Positions 9,871-17,355 of a stretch of 64,000 nucleotides of DNA are shown in pieces. Location of the stretch: sequence record PX104378.1, one strand, 5' to 3'. The notes under the pieces were generated by a model. It was given only the letters and a program-made list of their open reading frames with translations, was not told the DNA's origin and did not search any database. The stretch comes from a phage. Each line of letters starts with the position of its first letter. Positions within the stretch are counted from its first letter, which is position 1. A program made the position numbers and the translations under genes.

Positions 9871-10239
9871 TCACTTAACAAAGATTTTCTTTAATGCTTT
9901 CAGGATCGTTGCTTCCGGCGCTTCTTCCGGTGGAGGAAGCAATTCTACCACTTCCTCTTCCAACTCGATATAGTCTACCAGATATTCTACATAGAATGCA
10001 AGTGCTTCCATGAAATTAGATGCTACATCCGATTCACCACAAGCTCCTACATGCATTGTATAAACATCACTGCGATCAAGTTTGTGGATGCTTCCCAGAT
10101 AGTTTCGGTTATACCAGACTTCCCACACTTTCAGCTTTCCGGTTTTGGTTGCTGTTTTATAATCGGTTTCGTAATGATGCAATTGACGTTGCAAATCATT
10201 GATAATAACACATTTTTCGTAATTGCTTTGAATTTCCAT
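9871..10239 (-). CDS. Hypothetical protein
   Basis: 122-aa ORF, acidic C-terminus; RBS GAGGATTA. Confidence 0.5.
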   Translation of the reverse strand: MEIQSNYEKCVIINDLQRQLHHYETDYKTATKTGKLKVWEVWYNRNYLGSIHKLDRSDVYTMHVGACGESDVASNFMEALAFYVEYLVDYIELEEEVVELLPPPEEAPEATILKALKKIFVK

Positions 10240-10249
10240 GATGTAATCC

Positions 10250-10441
10250 TCACTTATCGTTAAGAAGTTCTAAAACTTTCTGTCGTACTTTGTCAATATT
10301 AGTTGATTCAAAAACTGTACGGTATCCCCAGCGTTGACCGTATGAGCGCGAGCAATCCCCATATCCCCATTGTTCAACCTGATAGTATTCAAGGAATGGG
10401 TGTTGCCGAACTATGATACCATCACGGTTAAAAATTACCAT
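10250..10441 (-). CDS. Hypothetical protein
   Basis: 63-aa ORF; GAGGATTATATT-ATG initiation cassette immediately downstream of a TTGTTGACA box. Confidence 0.45.
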   Translation of the reverse strand: MVIFNRDGIIVRQHPFLEYYQVEQWGYGDCSRSYGQRWGYRTVFESTNIDKVRQKVLELLNDK

Positions 10442-10464
10442 AATATAATCCTCATGTCAACAAC

Positions 10465-10764
10465 TTATTTTCGGTTGTGGTCACGATATGTTTTAAAATA
10501 TCCCTCGTACCACGGTAAAACATCTGGATTTTTACCACTATACAGACCTTTAACCATCATGTCAATAAGACCGTCCGGTGTTTGATAATTACCAGCTTTT
10601 ATAAGCTCTCTGATTAAAATTTCCTTGTATATGTCTTTCGGATCTTCGTAATCAACTTGTATTGTGGTTGTTGTCCCGCTTAATTTGGTTTCTGGAGTAT
10701 CTTGCATCGCCTTCCACCAATCTTTTGTAATCTTCATGCTGTTGAATTTCATAATTATCTGCAC
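10465..10764 (-). CDS. Hypothetical protein
   Basis: 99-aa ORF; start uncertain. Confidence 0.4.
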   Translation of the reverse strand: MQIIMKFNSMKITKDWWKAMQDTPETKLSGTTTTIQVDYEDPKDIYKEILIRELIKAGNYQTPDGLIDMMVKGLYSGKNPDVLPWYEGYFKTYRDHNRK

Positions 10765-11522
10765 CCGTACTGGTCAACATAGGTTTTAGAGTGTCCTTGT
10801 TCGCGGACTTCTAAGCGAATGATATCGCTATCCTGTTCACGCCACACATAATACTTTTTATTTTCTTTCCAGCCGCTAAAAACGATCATTCCGTTGTCAT
10901 CAACTACTCGTTTTGTGTTTGCCTTATGAACATCATTATTGTCGATGTATGTAAAATGGATAATCTGACCATCTTTTACTTTCAGAGTCAATTCACCTGG
11001 ATTGTATTCTTTATAAAAAGGCTGTTCTTTCGGCTTAGTGTTTGCTCCGTCGATATTTTTCCATTTAAAGTGAGATTCACATTGCAAGGTAAACTCGCTG
11101 GTTTGTGGTTTCTTTTCTTTCTTCGGTTGCTCTACCACTTTTTCTTCCTGTTTCGGTTGTTCTTCTTCAACCTTCGCAGAAGTCTCTGAATCGCTTTCTG
11201 ACGCTGTTTCTTCTTTAGGTAATACATTCATCAAGTTTTGGATTTGAGCGTTATATACAGCCTCCAGTGGCTGAATCTGCCCGATATTGATCATTGTATC
11301 ACGAACGGTTTTATTCCAGTTGCGTTGCTCTTGTTTCAGAGACGGATCAATCTTAACAGCCTTAACATATACTTCATGGAGTTTAGAATCCAGTGCGGAG
11401 ATTGACTCATTAGCACAAATAAACTTCTCTGATTTGGTAGTGGCTTTAGCGCAATCGAAGGACGCAGCATTAGCACCGAATGCAGTAGCAGAAAGAACGA
11501 TAGCAGCGATAATGTTTTTCAT
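10755..11522 (-). CDS. Secreted protein with DUF1311 (LprI-like lysozyme-inhibitor) N-terminal domain
   Basis: Signal peptide MKNIIAAIVLSATAFGANA; motif C..A..T..E..IC...LD..L..Y...QRNW...RD typical of DUF1311; K/E-rich linker; GAGGAATATATT-ATG; promoter cassette upstream. Confidence 0.6.
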   Translation of the reverse strand: MKNIIAAIVLSATAFGANAASFDCAKATTKSEKFICANESISALDSKLHEVYVKAVKIDPSLKQEQRNWNKTVRDTMINIGQIQPLEAVYNAQIQNLMNVLPKEETASESDSETSAKVEEEQPKQEEKVVEQPKKEKKPQTSEFTLQCESHFKWKNIDGANTKPKEQPFYKEYNPGELTLKVKDGQIIHFTYIDNNDVHKANTKRVVDDNGMIVFSGWKENKKYYVWREQDSDIIRLEVREQGHSKTYVDQYGCR

Positions 11523-11556
11523 AATATATTCCTCAGTGTTTTGTCTTGATGTGAGT

Positions 11557-11585
11557 ATCTTACTACTCCCTTAATCCGGTGTCAA
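11557..11585 (-). promoter_or_regulatory. Early promoter cassette with spacer stem-loop (PeSL-like)
   Basis: Minus-strand TTGACA-17nt-TAAGAT; GGGAGTA..TACTCCC inverted repeat; upstream of ORF 10755..11522. Confidence 0.5.
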
Positions 11586-11592
11586 CTACTTT

Positions 11593-11748
11593 TTAAATTT
11601 CTTCTACAGTAAAGTCTTCAATGTTGTTGTGCTCGGCGAACGTTGCCAGACCAGCATTCCATGCATCATCCTCAGAGAAGAATACACCGTAACGTTCATA
11701 TCCCTTAGCGCCTTCAAATTTAACCAGTAATTTGTGAGTATGTTTCAT
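11593..11748 (-). CDS. Hypothetical small protein
   Basis: Track ORF 11593..11811 trimmed to the ATG preceded by AGGAGAATCAAA RBS; promoter cassette at ~11780-11808. Confidence 0.5.
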   Translation of the reverse strand: MKHTHKLLVKFEGAKGYERYGVFFSEDDAWNAGLATFAEHNNIEDFTVEEI

Positions 11749-11779
11749 TTTGATTCTCCTTCGTTGTCTTGATGAGTTC

Positions 11780-11808
11780 ATTGTAGGGGATCGCCGATCC
11801 CCTGTCAA
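11780..11808 (-). promoter_or_regulatory. Early promoter cassette with spacer stem-loop (PeSL-like)
   Basis: TTGACA-GGGGATCGGCGATCCCC-TACAAT; the 17-nt spacer is a near-perfect palindrome. Confidence 0.55.
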
Positions 11809-11818
11809 CAACTATTTT

Positions 11819-12031
11819 TTAATTTTTACCCGCTCGTGCATTAATACGCATTTTCTGAATAGCCATGATCTGGCTTACTGCTTCTTCTTTACGTTCTTGC
11901 GTGATAACGTGACCAGATTCCGCAAACTCTCCCGCAACTTCTTCTACGATCTCGCGAACTTGAGAACATCCAAAGATGCGGTTTCCTTCGTAGCTCATAA
12001 ATTCAGTCACTACTTGCTCAATAGATTTCAT
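11819..12031 (-). CDS. Hypothetical protein
   Basis: 70-aa ORF; RBS AGGAGAATCACATG; promoter cassette upstream. Confidence 0.5.
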   Translation of the reverse strand: MKSIEQVVTEFMSYEGNRIFGCSQVREIVEEVAGEFAESGHVITQERKEEAVSQIMAIQKMRINARAGKN

Positions 12032-12064
12032 GTGATTCTCCTTCTTTCGTTTCGGTATGGGAGT

Positions 12065-12093
12065 ATATTACTACTCCCGTTTCTTTACGTCAA
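12065..12093 (-). promoter_or_regulatory. Early promoter cassette with stem-loop (PeSL-like)
   Basis: TTGACG-17nt-TAATAT; GGGAGTA/TACTCCC inverted repeat flanking the -10. Confidence 0.5.
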
Positions 12094-12100
12094 CTGGTTT

Positions 12101-12343
12101 TTAGAAATTTTTCGCTTCTTCTTCGGTCATCATAACCGCGCATTCGTGCATAACTTTGAAAACCGGATCAATCATGTCAAATGCTTCACGGGACAGTTTA
12201 CGAGAAGCGATTTTGATTGCTTCTACGTCTTCTACTACAGGAACAAAAACAGTTTTCAGTTCGTCGAGGACGGCAGCTTCTTTTTCATTCAGGAAGATCC
12301 CAGCGTCGTACAGTGCAACTTCGATAACATTAACTTTAACCAT
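12101..12343 (-). CDS. Hypothetical protein
   Basis: Track ORF trimmed to the ATG preceded by GGAGGAAATAAAA; 80 aa. Confidence 0.5.
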   Translation of the reverse strand: MVKVNVIEVALYDAGIFLNEKEAAVLDELKTVFVPVVEDVEAIKIASRKLSREAFDMIDPVFKVMHECAVMMTEEEAKNF

Positions 12344-12377
12344 TTTTATTTCCTCCAGTTCGTTTCGGTATGGGAGT

Positions 12378-12406
12378 ATAATACTACCGATGACCTTTGG
12401 CGTCAA
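12378..12406 (-). promoter_or_regulatory. Early promoter cassette (PeSL-like)
   Basis: TTGACG-17nt-TATTAT; imperfect inverted repeat TCGGTA..TACCGA. Confidence 0.45.
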
Positions 12407-12608
12407 CTGCTTTTTTATTATTTTCGTGAAAATTTTTCGTCGCCTCATGTGCTTTTCGCTGGGCTTCTTGTTGTGCTTGCTGGCGTGCTGCCTCTTGCGA
12501 TGCCATAACGGAAGCATTTGCGGCAGTTACAGCCGCTACCATCGCTGCGGTATTGGCATTTACAGTACATGCGCTCGCCAACAAAGCAATTGCAATCATT
12601 TTCTTCAT
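12384..12608 (-). CDS. Small secreted protein / putative lipoprotein
   Basis: Signal peptide MKKMIAIALLASAC (lipobox-like ASAC), then Ala/Gln-rich helical region. Confidence 0.5.
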   Translation of the reverse strand: MKKMIAIALLASACTVNANTAAMVAAVTAANASVMASQEAARQQAQQEAQRKAHEATKNFHENNKKAVDAKGHR

Positions 12609-12775
12609 AATTTCCCCTTTAGGTTATCTTCGACCTTCATCCATTCCGCATATTCTTGCGCGGCTACTTTCGGAATTAGGCCGTCTTCGTACATTGCCTC
12701 AAGTAATTCTTCGTCGGTGGGCTTATACCCCAGATAAGCCGCAACCTGATTTTTCCAAATCTTATACCAGTTCAT
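12605..12775 (-). CDS. Hypothetical small protein
   Basis: Track ORF 12605..12844 trimmed to the ATG (MNWYKIW) preceded by GGTGA. Confidence 0.4.
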   Translation of the reverse strand: MNWYKIWKNQVAAYLGYKPTDEELLEAMYEDGLIPKVAAQEYAEWMKVEDNLKGKL

Positions 12776-12779
12776 ATTA

Positions 12780-13052
12780 TCACCAATCAAGAGCGCGTGT
12801 CTCTGCGTCTTCCCATGCTTGATCCATAACAGCCTTGAAAACATATTCTAAGGTATCATCTTTCGAGAATCCGAAGATCTTAGACGGAATATCTTCAATT
12901 GCTACTCCAGCAACTTCCGCATTACGTGCCTGGCAATAATGCAACTCTAAGTTATCGAGATAACGACCGCCTAATTTCTCCATATCGTCCCAGCATTTCC
13001 AGTAACCTACTTTATCGGCAATTGCTAACACTTTGCTGTTTTTGTTGCTCAT
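12780..13052 (-). CDS. Hypothetical protein
   Basis: Track ORF trimmed to the ATG preceded by AAGGAGAATCAAAG; conserved 5'UTR cassette upstream. Confidence 0.5.
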   Translation of the reverse strand: MSNKNSKVLAIADKVGYWKCWDDMEKLGGRYLDNLELHYCQARNAEVAGVAIEDIPSKIFGFSKDDTLEYVFKAVMDQAWEDAETRALDW

Positions 13053-13081
13053 CTTTGATTCTCCTTTTGTTTGGTATGTGT

Positions 13082-13112
13082 GTATTATGCAATGTTTGAT
13101 TATGGAAGTCAA
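13082..13112 (-). promoter_or_regulatory. Early promoter with conserved 5'UTR cassette
   Basis: TTGACT-~19nt-TAATAC followed by ACACACATACCAA..AGGAGAATCAAAG-ATG. Confidence 0.4.
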
Positions 13113-13120
13113 CAACTTTT

Positions 13121-13152
13121 CAAATAAAAAAGCCGACCACAAGGATCGGCTT
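13121..13152 (-). terminator. Rho-independent terminator after ORF 13162..13554
   Basis: Minus-strand AAGCCGATCC-ttgtgg-TCGGCTT followed by TTTTTATTT. Confidence 0.65.
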
Positions 13153-13161
13153 AATAATCAG

Positions 13162-13554
13162 TTACTTACTAAATTTCTTTTTGGCTTCGTCTACTGCATG
13201 AGATGCCAGTACCGCCGCCGCATGTGCGCTTTTATCTGTGTTACAGAGAACACCCAAATAAACATCACGCCAAAGTTTAATCATCTCATAGATCATATCA
13301 ATATCATTTTCTTGTTTGTTGGCGATGCTACTTGTCGTTATCTGGTAAGGCAACGGTTTAATCTGTACTGGATCTGCCATTGGGCTAATCGGTTTCGGTT
13401 CGGTCATAATAGGTGCTGTTGGTGATGTTTTCCATACGCTATCATGCCACGGTTTAATCGTTGTATCGTACAGTTTGTAAGGATTTTTATCTGGATTAAC
13501 CATCCATGCATGATGATTACCCAAACCATTTGAAGTGATGCGTCGTTCAGTCAT
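13162..13554 (-). CDS. Hypothetical protein
   Basis: 130-aa ORF downstream of gene 52; followed by hairpin terminator. Confidence 0.5.
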   Translation of the reverse strand: MTERRITSNGLGNHHAWMVNPDKNPYKLYDTTIKPWHDSVWKTSPTAPIMTEPKPISPMADPVQIKPLPYQITTSSIANKQENDIDMIYEMIKLWRDVYLGVLCNTDKSAHAAAVLASHAVDEAKKKFSK

Positions 13555-13557
13555 AAT

Positions 13558-13761
13558 TTATTTCCTCTCTGAAAACTCTTTCATCAAGTTGTCGATCTTT
13601 GCTCTGTGATCTGGCGTGTTTGTCATCTCTGCTAATTTGCTCAGAGATTCACTGGTGATCCGGTTGGATTCTTCCAGTGTTTCAACGACCATTGGCACAA
13701 TCTTTTTATTTTTGTACACAAATGCAATATAACCGCCTTCTGGATATTCTTTCATAATCAA
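13558..13761 (-). CDS. Hypothetical protein
   Basis: 67-aa ORF, ATGA-type coupling to gene 52 stop. Confidence 0.45.
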   Translation of the reverse strand: MIMKEYPEGGYIAFVYKNKKIVPMVVETLEESNRITSESLSKLAEMTNTPDHRAKIDNLMKEFSERK

Positions 13762-15104
13762 CCCTTCTTAAGTTCTTTAAGATCTTTCTTATATTCTTTC
13801 ATTGCGGTCGTCTTTGTCCAATACTCATATTCACTATGATGTTTATCGGCATCTTTGACCAGTCGATCATACTCTTCTTGAGTAACGCTATACAATGGCA
13901 TAGAAACGAGCTTATCGGCGTATGGACGCAGTTTTTCATGTCCATTGATGGATTGCATTACCTCGGCCTTTTTCTTGCCCTGTATCGCGATTTCGCCCTT
14001 AATTACGCGGTCGATAAATTCGGCTTTAGCCATTGCATAATTGTATGCTTCCAGTGTTTCCGCTTGCATCAATTCAATGCGTTTATCAACATACCCTAAG
14101 CGGATTTCGACGAATCGGCGAATCAGGTCGCTAGCTTTCTCGAATACTTCTACTAAACCACGTTCGTTAACTACTACGATATTCTGGGCTACTAACTGCG
14201 TTAGTTTAAAATCCTTCATGATTTGCTCATGTCGAGCGGATTCATCTTCGCTTTTGAAATAATCACGTTTCAGTGTTACCTCAAATCTGAATCCGTCCTT
14301 AGAGCAACGGTCATTATACGATACAATCAGATCTTTTTCTTCCAGTGCATCCAGTACCGCTACATATTCTTCACGGTCGAACTTATAAGGAACTTCTGAT
14401 ATTGTCAGTTTAGTCTTGCCGTTTAGTTCATATGTACCCTCAAGAATCACACCATCGCGATCATCTCGCGGGATAACTTTACCCGTGAATTTCGGGAATT
14501 GAACACTAGGTTCTTTATCCAGTTTTCCGGCAAGTGCTAGCTCTGTGCATTCAATAAGGCTTTCCAGTGAATGCGGTAAAATGTCAGTTTTATACCCTGT
14601 AGCAATACCACTAATACCATTAGCCAATACCATTGGCACAACTGGCAAGTAGAACGCTGGCGGGATGTGTTCCAGATCTTCGTGCTTAGGTGCGCAATTC
14701 ATATCTTTATAGATTTTAAAGAAGTTTTCATGCACACGAGCAAAGATATAACGTGCCGCACCTGCTTTCTGGACTAAACGCGATCCGAAGTTACCTTGAC
14801 CGTCAAGCAGTGGAGTATTATTGCTCCATGTATTTGCCATGAGTGATCCGGCTTCTACGGCATTAGTTTCCCCGTGGTGATACCCCAACTCAGCGACACC
14901 AGATCCAATATCTGCCATCTTACGGAATTTCTTACGGTCGCCTTTACTCTTTTGCAAAGCACATTCCATAACAAAGCGTTGCACTGGTTTAAGACCATCC
15001 ACTAATTGAGGAATCCCGCGTTCCTCGGCAGAATAGATCGCATATTCCTTAGCTTCATTATGTACAATGCTTTCAAGGCTACGGTAAGTAACTGATTTAT
15101 TCAT
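13758..15104 (-). CDS. 52: DNA topoisomerase II medium subunit gp52 (GyrA-like)
   Basis: Strong match to T4 gp52 (PVQRFV, GYHHGE, LDGQGNFGS, IPPAFYLP, TISEVPYK); start set to the ATG after GAGGTGA (MNKSVTY...), 448 aa vs T4 442 aa. Confidence 0.9.
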   Translation of the reverse strand: MNKSVTYRSLESIVHNEAKEYAIYSAEERGIPQLVDGLKPVQRFVMECALQKSKGDRKKFRKMADIGSGVAELGYHHGETNAVEAGSLMANTWSNNTPLLDGQGNFGSRLVQKAGAARYIFARVHENFFKIYKDMNCAPKHEDLEHIPPAFYLPVVPMVLANGISGIATGYKTDILPHSLESLIECTELALAGKLDKEPSVQFPKFTGKVIPRDDRDGVILEGTYELNGKTKLTISEVPYKFDREEYVAVLDALEEKDLIVSYNDRCSKDGFRFEVTLKRDYFKSEDESARHEQIMKDFKLTQLVAQNIVVVNERGLVEVFEKASDLIRRFVEIRLGYVDKRIELMQAETLEAYNYAMAKAEFIDRVIKGEIAIQGKKKAEVMQSINGHEKLRPYADKLVSMPLYSVTQEEYDRLVKDADKHHSEYEYWTKTTAMKEYKKDLKELKKG

Positions 15105-15111
15105 CTTCACC

Positions 15112-15474
15112 TCATACACGCTTACAAATCACATTCTTTACTTTATCAGATTTATCAGCCCAATCCAATAGCCATTTTAACGGAAGGATTGAAACAATAA
15201 ACGGGGCAGCAATCAAAGCAAACATGATACACCTGATAATCAGGAAAACGCAAGTGACAAAACTAGCGATAGTGATCCCGACAAAACAAAATACCATAGA
15301 AAACAGAGTAATGATATAGAAAGGCCAGAATACCCACTCCCGCATCTTAACGCCTTTGTATTCTCTGAATTGCTTAAAATCTACAAACAACTCTCGGATA
15401 GACGCGTACAGGACTGAAAAATCATCTTTCATTGCTCTGAATGAGCAATCTTCTATTTTAGAATGACCTAGCAT
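15112..15474 (-). CDS. Hypothetical membrane protein
   Basis: 120 aa with two or three hydrophobic helices (WVFWPFYIITLFSMVFCFVGITIASFVTCVFLII...). Confidence 0.5.
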   Translation of the reverse strand: MLGHSKIEDCSFRAMKDDFSVLYASIRELFVDFKQFREYKGVKMREWVFWPFYIITLFSMVFCFVGITIASFVTCVFLIIRCIMFALIAAPFIVSILPLKWLLDWADKSDKVKNVICKRV

Positions 15475-15476
15475 TA

Positions 15477-15770
15477 TTAACCGCCTTTAACCATTGATAC
15501 CGGAATTGTTTTCTGATTTGTGTATAACTGGCCTACTTCAATTTTTTCTTGAATCACCACGACGTTACAATATCCACTGTCTTTAAGTTTTCTGATAATG
15601 ACTCGCTTTTGTTCGTCGGTGATAGGATTGACTGTTCTCACCAATTCACCACAAATAATAGCACCATCTTTACAATTACCAGTAACTTTCATGCTACGAC
15701 CGTGAACAACAACCACGTCACCGTAAATCACATTTTCGTCGTCGTATTTGGTAATAATCGTGACCGTCAT
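15477..15770 (-). CDS. Hypothetical protein
   Basis: 97-aa ORF; RBS AGAGGGAATAACATT-ATG just downstream of a hairpin. Confidence 0.5.
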   Translation of the reverse strand: MTVTIITKYDDENVIYGDVVVVHGRSMKVTGNCKDGAIICGELVRTVNPITDEQKRVIIRKLKDSGYCNVVVIQEKIEVGQLYTNQKTIPVSMVKGG

Positions 15771-15780
15771 AATGTTATTC

Positions 15781-15809
15781 CCTCTAAGAAAGGCCGCGCA
15801 AAGCGGCCT
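15781..15809 (-). terminator. Hairpin (possible terminator/attenuator) upstream of ORF 15477..15770 RBS
   Basis: Minus-strand AGGCCGC-tttgc-GCGGCCT followed by TTCTT; weak U-run. Confidence 0.4.
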
Positions 15810-15816
15810 ATGTTTA

Positions 15817-16143
15817 TTATTGTTCTACAGTATAGCCGTTGTTTTCAAGCCATGCAATAACAATCTTTTCGCCAATTTCATCGAGCATTTCATCAGCGCC
15901 ATATTCTTTAATGAAAGTCGATGGATCATTATTGCTTACTACGTGCTGGATCACAACATGTTCAGGAATTGCGTCTAGCAGTTCACTATGATCATACTCA
16001 TTAACGATATCTTCAACACTAACATTATTAACCAAATCAACATCATCCATAGTCACAGTAACGCGACCGGACGGACGCAATGAATATTGGCTACTTTCAA
16101 CTTCAACATGTGCACTTTCGCAAGTAACTTTAATATCAATCAT
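15817..16143 (-). CDS. Hypothetical acidic protein
   Basis: 108-aa ORF directly downstream of rIIB; RBS GAGGAATTAATT-ATG. Confidence 0.5.
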   Translation of the reverse strand: MIDIKVTCESAHVEVESSQYSLRPSGRVTVTMDDVDLVNNVSVEDIVNEYDHSELLDAIPEHVVIQHVVSNNDPSTFIKEYGADEMLDEIGEKIVIAWLENNGYTVEQ

Positions 16144-16157
16144 AATTAATTCCTCTA

Positions 16158-17150
16158 TTAGTAATGGCTAAAACCTTCGGTTACATCTTCAACCACATAG
16201 TAACGATGACAGCGCATTTTGGCATTCGCATAATCTTTCGGGATACTTACAACGTGACGCGGATCAACTTTGCATTTAATGATTCGGCCTCGCCCACCGC
16301 CATAGTGCGGAATATAGTGTTTCGCTGCAACGTGGAGGCCATTAGAGCAAGTGCGATCATCATCTGGGTCCACGTCTTTACGTTTCATTTTAACCGTGCG
16401 CCCTGGGCTATTATCAAACGTATGCGTAAAGAAATCTTTATAATCAACATCAACACGTTTCCATGCATAGAAACAACCATCTTCCCCGATCTCAATGTCG
16501 TTGTGCTCTAAGAAGTCAAACAGACGATCTACCGCCTTACGGCTAGGATTCTTCTTGCACTTCTCAAAGAAGTTCAGATAGTGCGTATATGGCTTATTCT
16601 CTTTAATCGACTCCACAACTCGACGAGTCAGATTATTATCAAGAACAATATTATGATAATACACAATGCCATTTTCGATACGGAAAGCGCCGTGATAATA
16701 TACTTCAACCGCTTTCTTAATGTCAATCAGCGTAATAGCTTTGATGAAATCATTCTGTTTAATCGCTTCCAGTGCTTCATTAAAGTTAACATGTGATGGA
16801 TCAGCAGTATAAACAATGTCACCACATGTAATAGTAATGAATTTAGATGAGGCTATTGCTACGATTTTTGAGGAAGTAGTTACGGGCTTTTTTGCGCGTT
16901 CACCGCCTTTTCCTTTACTGGTTTTACGGCGTGCTTTACGTTTTTCTAGTGCCTTGCGACCTTCCGCTACTGCGTCTTTCTGAATCAGTAATACACGGGA
17001 GGCAGTGCGACGAGATACACCAAATGCTGCCGCAAGTGCTTCGCGGGTAGTAAACTTACCTTCACCCCACTGTTTAGCCAGTTTGATTTGTTTTGCAGAG
17101 TCCAGACATTGAACGTTACGGTCAGAGACGGTGATTTTTGCTTTAGTCAT
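16158..17150 (-). CDS. rIIB: rIIB protein
   Basis: C-terminal half closely matches T4 rIIB (AVDRLFDFL..DIEI.EDG.FYAWK; TFDNSPG; CSNGLHV; VVSIP.DY.NAKMR; YVVEDVTE); start taken at second ATG (MTKAK) with better RBS spacing. Confidence 0.9.
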   Translation of the reverse strand: MTKAKITVSDRNVQCLDSAKQIKLAKQWGEGKFTTREALAAAFGVSRRTASRVLLIQKDAVAEGRKALEKRKARRKTSKGKGGERAKKPVTTSSKIVAIASSKFITITCGDIVYTADPSHVNFNEALEAIKQNDFIKAITLIDIKKAVEVYYHGAFRIENGIVYYHNIVLDNNLTRRVVESIKENKPYTHYLNFFEKCKKNPSRKAVDRLFDFLEHNDIEIGEDGCFYAWKRVDVDYKDFFTHTFDNSPGRTVKMKRKDVDPDDDRTCSNGLHVAAKHYIPHYGGGRGRIIKCKVDPRHVVSIPKDYANAKMRCHRYYVVEDVTEGFSHY

Positions 17151-17212
17151 ATTATTCATTCCTCTATTAGTTGGGCGACTCTCGCCGCCCGATTCACATC
17201 ATTATACCAGAA

Positions 17213-17344
17213 TTATTTTGCTTCTACAACCTTGCGGATTGTGCGGTCTGATACATTATAGATTCGTGCCAGTTCGCCTTTAGTCAAGCCGCGAGCGTAT
17301 TGTTTACGGATGGTTTCTTTCTGGATAGCGGTCAGTTTAGTCAT
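17213..17344 (-). CDS. 43-aa stand-alone HTH protein resembling the rIIB N-terminus
   Basis: Not in ORF track (<60 aa). ATG preceded by GAGGTGA; MTKLTAIQKETIRKQYARGLTKGELARIYNVSDRTIRKVVEAK; similar to the rIIB N-terminal HTH segment. Confidence 0.5.
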   Translation of the reverse strand: MTKLTAIQKETIRKQYARGLTKGELARIYNVSDRTIRKVVEAK

Positions 17345-17355
17345 AATATCACCTC

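Noticed and set aside
11750-12737. Plus-strand ORFs 11750..12508 (252 aa) and 12156..12737 (193 aa) in the early region.
   Set aside because: They run antisense across four or five minus-strand genes that each have RBS and promoter cassettes; composition is low-complexity, typical of spurious frames.
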